Shown here piece by piece: positions 60,031 to 64,000 of a stretch of DNA of 64,000 nt. The notes below the pieces were generated by a model. The model ran no database searches, was not told the DNA's origin, and saw only the letters and a list, made by a program, of their open reading frames with translations. The translations under genes and the position numbers were made by a program. Numbering within the stretch: the stretch's first letter is position 1; the number at the start of each line of letters is the position of its first letter. This DNA comes from Rhizaria sp. SCN 62-66 (Eukaryota), in contig MEDY01000062.1 in NCBI GenBank assembly GCA_001724265.1, positions 1 through 64,000 of the forward strand. Reading direction: 5' to 3'.

Positions 60031-63000
60031 ATGGACGCGTTCGGAGGCGCTGACCTTTTTTCCATCTTTGATGACCAGGGCATGGCCGCGGTGACCGAGA
60101 CCGCGCCGGCCCCCGTTGTCAAGCCTGCCAAGGATGCCGCTGCGGCTGCTTCAGGCAAGGACGCCGCCAATACCACCAACACAAGCACCAAGGCCGCGCG
60201 CCGCCGCGCGCGCGAGTCGACGAGCGCGAAGGAGGAGCCATCGACCGACGCTGCCGAGCTCAAGACTGAGGCTTCTGCCGCACGGCCGAAGAAGTCCCGC
60301 TCCGCGGGCGCGGCGAAGCAGGAGGACGCGCCCGACGCGTCGATGAAGCCAGAGGCCGGCGCCACGAGCGCGCTGCTGCAGAACGTCACTCTGGCGGCCG
60401 CGCGCGAGAGCACGCGCCCGTTGGACGACTTTGCGCACTACCAGGAGCAGCTTGTTGTGGGTTCAGCCAAGCCGATCAAGCCGTCGACCGCGACGGAGAA
60501 GACGTGCGCGATGCAGACGTGCTATCCGCCCAACTACGACCCCAACGACCCCGCCAACGCGCCACCCGAGCCGCGCAAGGAGCCCGCCAAGACGTACCCG
60601 TTCACGCTTGACCCTTTCCAGCAGAAGGCCGTCGAGTGCATCGAGCGCAACCAGAGCGTGCTTGTCTCTGCGCACACGTCCGCCGGTAAGACCGTGGTCG
60701 CCGAGTATGCGATCGCGCTGTCACTTAAGATGGGCCAGCGTGTCATCTACACGTCGCCGATCAAGGCGCTGTCGAACCAAAAGTTCCGCGAGCTGCAGGA
60801 AGAGTTCGGCGACGTCGGCCTCATGACTGGCGACGTCACGATTAACCCCACAGCTTCGTGTCTCGTCATGACAACGGAGATTCTGCTCAACATGCTCTAC
60901 CGCGGCTCTGAAGTCGTGCGCGAAATCGCCTGGGTCATCTTCGATGAGGTGCACTACATGCGCGACCGCTCCCGCGGCGTCGTCTGGGAGGCGACGATTA
61001 TTTTGCTACCGCACAAGTGTCGCTTTGTTTTCCTCTCTGCGACCATTCCCAACGCCGCCGAGTTCGCTCTCTGGGTGGCCAAGCTGCACGCGCAGCCGTG
61101 CTCCGTGGTGTACACCGACTACCGTCCCACGCCGCTGCAGCACTACGTTTTCCCCGCGCAGGGCGAAGGGTTGTACCTTGTGCTGGACGAAAAGGGCCAG
61201 TTCAAGGAGCAGAACTTCCAGCGCGCGCTCGCCGTGCTCAACGCAGACACGGCGCCCGGCGCACCCGGCGGCGTCGACAAGGGCGGCTCCGACGTGTCTG
61301 CGGGCGGCGACGGCAAGGCGAAGCGCAAGAAGACTGGCGGTGCGGGGTCCGACGTGTACAAGATCGTCAAGATGATCATGGACAAGGAGTACCAGCCGTG
61401 CATCGTCTTCTCTTTCTCAAAGAAGGACTGCGAGTCCAACGCTGTGGCCATGGCCAAGCTCGACCTGTGCGACGACGCCGAAAAACAGCTCATCACACAG
61501 ATCTTTTCCAACGCTATGCAGGCACTCAACGAGGACGACCGGCAGCTGCCGCAGGTTGTCAACATGTTTCCGCTGCTGCGCCGCGGCATCGGAGTCCACC
61601 ACGGCGGTCTGCTCCCCATCCTCAAGGAAGTCGTCGAGATTCTCTTCGGCGAAGGGCTGCTCAAGGTGCTTTTCTCCACCGAGACTTTCTCTATGGGGCT
61701 CAACATGCCCGCGCGCACGGTCGTTTTCACCTCGGTGAACAAGTTCGACGGTGTCACCTTCCGCTCTATTTCCTCCGGTGAGTACATTCAGATGTCCGGC
61801 CGCGCCGGCCGTCGTGGTCTCGACGACAAGGGTATCGTCATCATGATGATGGACACGCAGATCGAGCCCCACACGGCCAAGGAAATGATCACGGGCGCTG
61901 CCGATCCGCTGCATTCGTCTTTCCACCTCGGCTACAACATGCTGCTCAACCTGCTCCGTGTCGACGGCGCAGACCTCGAGTTTATGATGGCACGCTCCTT
62001 CTTCCAATTCCAGCAGCAGCGCGCGGCGCCACAGATTGAGGCCGCGATCAAGACGCTCGAGGTCCAGCGCGACTCGATCGTCGTCCCACGCGCACGCGAG
62101 GTCGAGGCCTACCACGCGCTTCAGGAGGAGCTCTGGCGGCTCCGGCATGAGATCCGCGTTGTCACCTCGAAGCCCGAGTTCGCGGAGCCCTTTTGCAACG
62201 CGGGCCGCCTGGTGCGCATCTCCGCCGTCGTGCGCGGCGCCGGCGCGGGCTCCAGCGGTGCGTCGGTTCTCGACCCCGCCGCCACGGGCGCGATCGCCGG
62301 CGCGCTGAAGTCGGACGGCGAGGCCGACGCCGTCGCCGTCACCGCCGCAGGCGCCGTGGACCCCAATGCGGGCAAGTCGTCCACGGTCACCCTGCGCGGC
62401 GCTGCGGCGACGGCGCTGGACGTGATGCTGCGGCTGCCTGCGCTGCACGGCGCTCTGGAGCCCACGCGCTTCCGCGCTGGTATGACGGCTGACTACGCGA
62501 CAGGCCTGCCGATGCCGATCATGGGCGCGACGCTGCCGTCGGACGCCGTGGCCGAGGGCGACCGCGACCCCAAGTCGGCTGGCGCGGCCACTGCGGCGTC
62601 GTCTGACCCGCGCGTGACGCCGCAGGGCGCGCTTGAGATGGACTGGGGCTGGGGCGTGATTCTGGGCGTGCGCAAGAACGTCGCACTGCCGCCGCACGTG
62701 CTGCACGGCGCCTACGAGCCCGTGGCACCCGTCGCGTTGCAGCGGCCCGGCCCCCGCGCGACGCCAGTGTCCGTGATGGGCACCGTCGTCGAGGTGCTGC
62801 TGCCAGTGGACCCCGCATCGGTGCCTAAGGAGGCTCTGGCGCCCAAGATGGAGGCCGCGCGCGGCGAGATGCCCGGCAGTGCGATGCTGCACGCGGCGTC
62901 ACTGCGCCCCGCACCTGCTGGCGTGATCCCCGAGTACGTCGTCGTGCCCGTGCTCATGTCCGCGTTCGCCGGGATGTCGACGTATCGCGTCAAGGTGCAC

Positions 63001-64000
63001 GACCGGCTGCAGGAGCGCTCGGGACGCGTGCTCATGGGTACGACGCTGCGCCAGATGCTCATGCGTACCAAGGCCGCCAACGCCGCCAACGCAGAGGCCG
63101 CTGCCGTGACGGCGGCTGCCACGGCTGCTGCGCCGGGCAATGACAAGAACCTCGAGACTGAGGCGATGGAGGACCCGCGCCCCGACGCGCTGCCGCTGCT
63201 GAAGCCGATGGAGTCGATGAAGATCAAGGGCGACGGGTTTCGTGCATTGCTCTCGCGCGTCGCCACACTCAAGCGCAAGGTCGCTGCGCACCCTGTGCAC
63301 ACTGCGGCCGACCGCGCGGACCTCATTGCGCTACATGCCAACAAGAACGCTCTCGCGAAGCAGGTCGACTGGCTGCGTGGCAAGCTCGCAGAGGTGTCAC
63401 AGGACTCCGGACTGCGCCAGACGCTGCAGCGCATGCGGCGCGTTCTGCGGACACTTGGGCACACGTCCGTGGACGACACGATCCAGACTAAGGGCCGCGT
63501 TGCGTGCGAGCTGTCTACGTGCGACGAGCTCGTCGGCTCTGAGCTCGTGTTCACGGGCGTGTTCAACGACCTCAACGTGGCGCAGATCTGCGCACTCTGC
63601 TCATGCATGGTTTTCGACGAGGCACAGGATGACTCGGTGCCGAAGCTCTCCGAGGAGCTTGCCGGCCCGCACCGCAAGCTGGTTGAGGTCGCCCGCGCAG
63701 TAGGCAAGGTGATTGTCGAAGCGCGTCTCCCGCTTGACTTGGAGAAGTTCGTGGCTTCCTTCAACCCGTTCATGATGGAGGTGCTACATGCGTGGGTCAA
63801 CGGCGCGCGCTTCGCCGACATTACCAAGATGACTGACGTGTTCGAAGGCACGATTATTCGCGTGATTCGCCGTCTGGAGGAGCTGCTGCGTCAGTTTGCC
63901 TCGGCCGCCAAGAGTGTTGGTAACACTGAGCTCGAGCAGAAGTTCCTCAAGTCTATTGAGAAGCTCAAGCGCGACATCGTCTTTGCCGCCTCACTTTACC
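60031..64000 (+). CDS. MTR4: MTR4/DOB1 Ski2-like RNA helicase (exosome cofactor); stop codon lies just beyond the window
   Basis: Open frame from ATG 60031: YPFTLDPFQ, SAHTSAGKT, IYTSPIKALSNQK, IFDEVHYMRD, FLSATIPNA, GIGVHHGGLLP, TETFSMGLNMPART, QMSGRAGRRGLD and C-terminal KRDIVFAASLY. Confidence 0.95.
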   Translation, partial: MDAFGGADLFSIFDDQGMAAVTETAPAPVVKPAKDAAAAASGKDAANTTNTSTKAARRRARESTSAKEEPSTDAAELKTEASAARPKKSRSAGAAKQEDAPDASMKPEAGATSALLQNVTLAAARESTRPLDDFAHYQEQLVVGSAKPIKPSTATEKTCAMQTCYPPNYDPNDPANAPPEPRKEPAKTYPFTLDPFQQKAVECIERNQSVLVSAHTSAGKTVVAEYAIALSLKMGQRVIYTSPIKALSNQKFRELQEEFGDVGLMTGDVTINPTASCLVMTTEILLNMLYRGSEVVREIAWVIFDEVHYMRDRSRGVVWEATIILLPHKCRFVFLSATIPNAAEFALWVAKLHAQPCSVVYTDYRPTPLQHYVFPAQGEGLYLVLDEKGQFKEQNFQRALAVLNADTAPGAPGGVDKGGSDVSAGGDGKAKRKKTGGAGSDVYKIVKMIMDKEYQPCIVFSFSKKDCESNAVAMAKLDLCDDAEKQLITQIFSNAMQALNEDDRQLPQVVNMFPLLRRGIGVHHGGLLPILKEVVEILFGEGLLKVLFSTETFSMGLNMPARTVVFTSVNKFDGVTFRSISSGEYIQMSGRAGRRGLDDKGIVIMMMDTQIEPHTAKEMITGAADPLHSSFHLGYNMLLNLLRVDGADLEFMMARSFFQFQQQRAAPQIEAAIKTLEVQRDSIVVPRAREVEAYHALQEELWRLRHEIRVVTSKPEFAEPFCNAGRLVRISAVVRGAGAGSSGASVLDPAATGAIAGALKSDGEADAVAVTAAGAVDPNAGKSSTVTLRGAAATALDVMLRLPALHGALEPTRFRAGMTADYATGLPMPIMGATLPSDAVAEGDRDPKSAGAATAASSDPRVTPQGALEMDWGWGVILGVRKNVALPPHVLHGAYEPVAPVALQRPGPRATPVSVMGTVVEVLLPVDPASVPKEALAPKMEAARGEMPGSAMLHAASLRPAPAGVIPEYVVVPVLMSAFAGMSTYRVKVHDRLQERSGRVLMGTTLRQMLMRTKAANAANAEAAAVTAAATAAAPGNDKNLETEAMEDPRPDALPLLKPMESMKIKGDGFRALLSRVATLKRKVAAHPVHTAADRADLIALHANKNALAKQVDWLRGKLAEVSQDSGLRQTLQRMRRVLRTLGHTSVDDTIQTKGRVACELSTCDELVGSELVFTGVFNDLNVAQICALCSCMVFDEAQDDSVPKLSEELAGPHRKLVEVARAVGKVIVEARLPLDLEKFVASFNPFMMEVLHAWVNGARFADITKMTDVFEGTIIRVIRRLEELLRQFASAAKSVGNTELEQKFLKSIEKLKRDIVFAASLY

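Noticed and set aside
1-64000. CRISPR arrays, rRNA, tRNA (including a CUA suppressor), transposase or prokaryotic operon structure
   Set aside because: None recognised by eye. Spliceosomal introns and gene content are eukaryotic. A small RNA gene in a spacer could have been missed without a covariance-model search.

Overview
Nuclear DNA of a compact, intron-poor eukaryote (probably a protist). GC-rich coding regions are separated by short AT-rich spacers. I find about 15 genes: OTU1/YOD1-type deubiquitinase, a giant Ala/Glu-rich coiled-coil protein, a multi-PH + DnaJ protein, an EBP/EXPERA membrane protein, a TBC RabGAP, an acidic low-complexity protein, an NDR kinase, an RGS-C2-PTEN-like giant, a small orphan, an expanded CDC20/Fizzy protein, another orphan, a histidine acid phosphatase, two large hydrophilic orphans and MTR4 (runs off the end). 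Main observation: TAG does not appear to act as a stop. All 14 gene ends visible are TAA (6) or TGA (8). Three genes that the ORF track splits are continuous single frames broken only by in-frame TAG (6 sites: 1291, 2684, 6320, 7286, 8384, 43726), with no frameshift and no internal TAA/TGA. This points to a nuclear genetic code with UAG as a sense codon and UAA/UGA as stops. The amino acid cannot be fixed from this window, and readthrough or RNA editing are not excluded. All gene calls come from motif recognition by eye; no database search was run.
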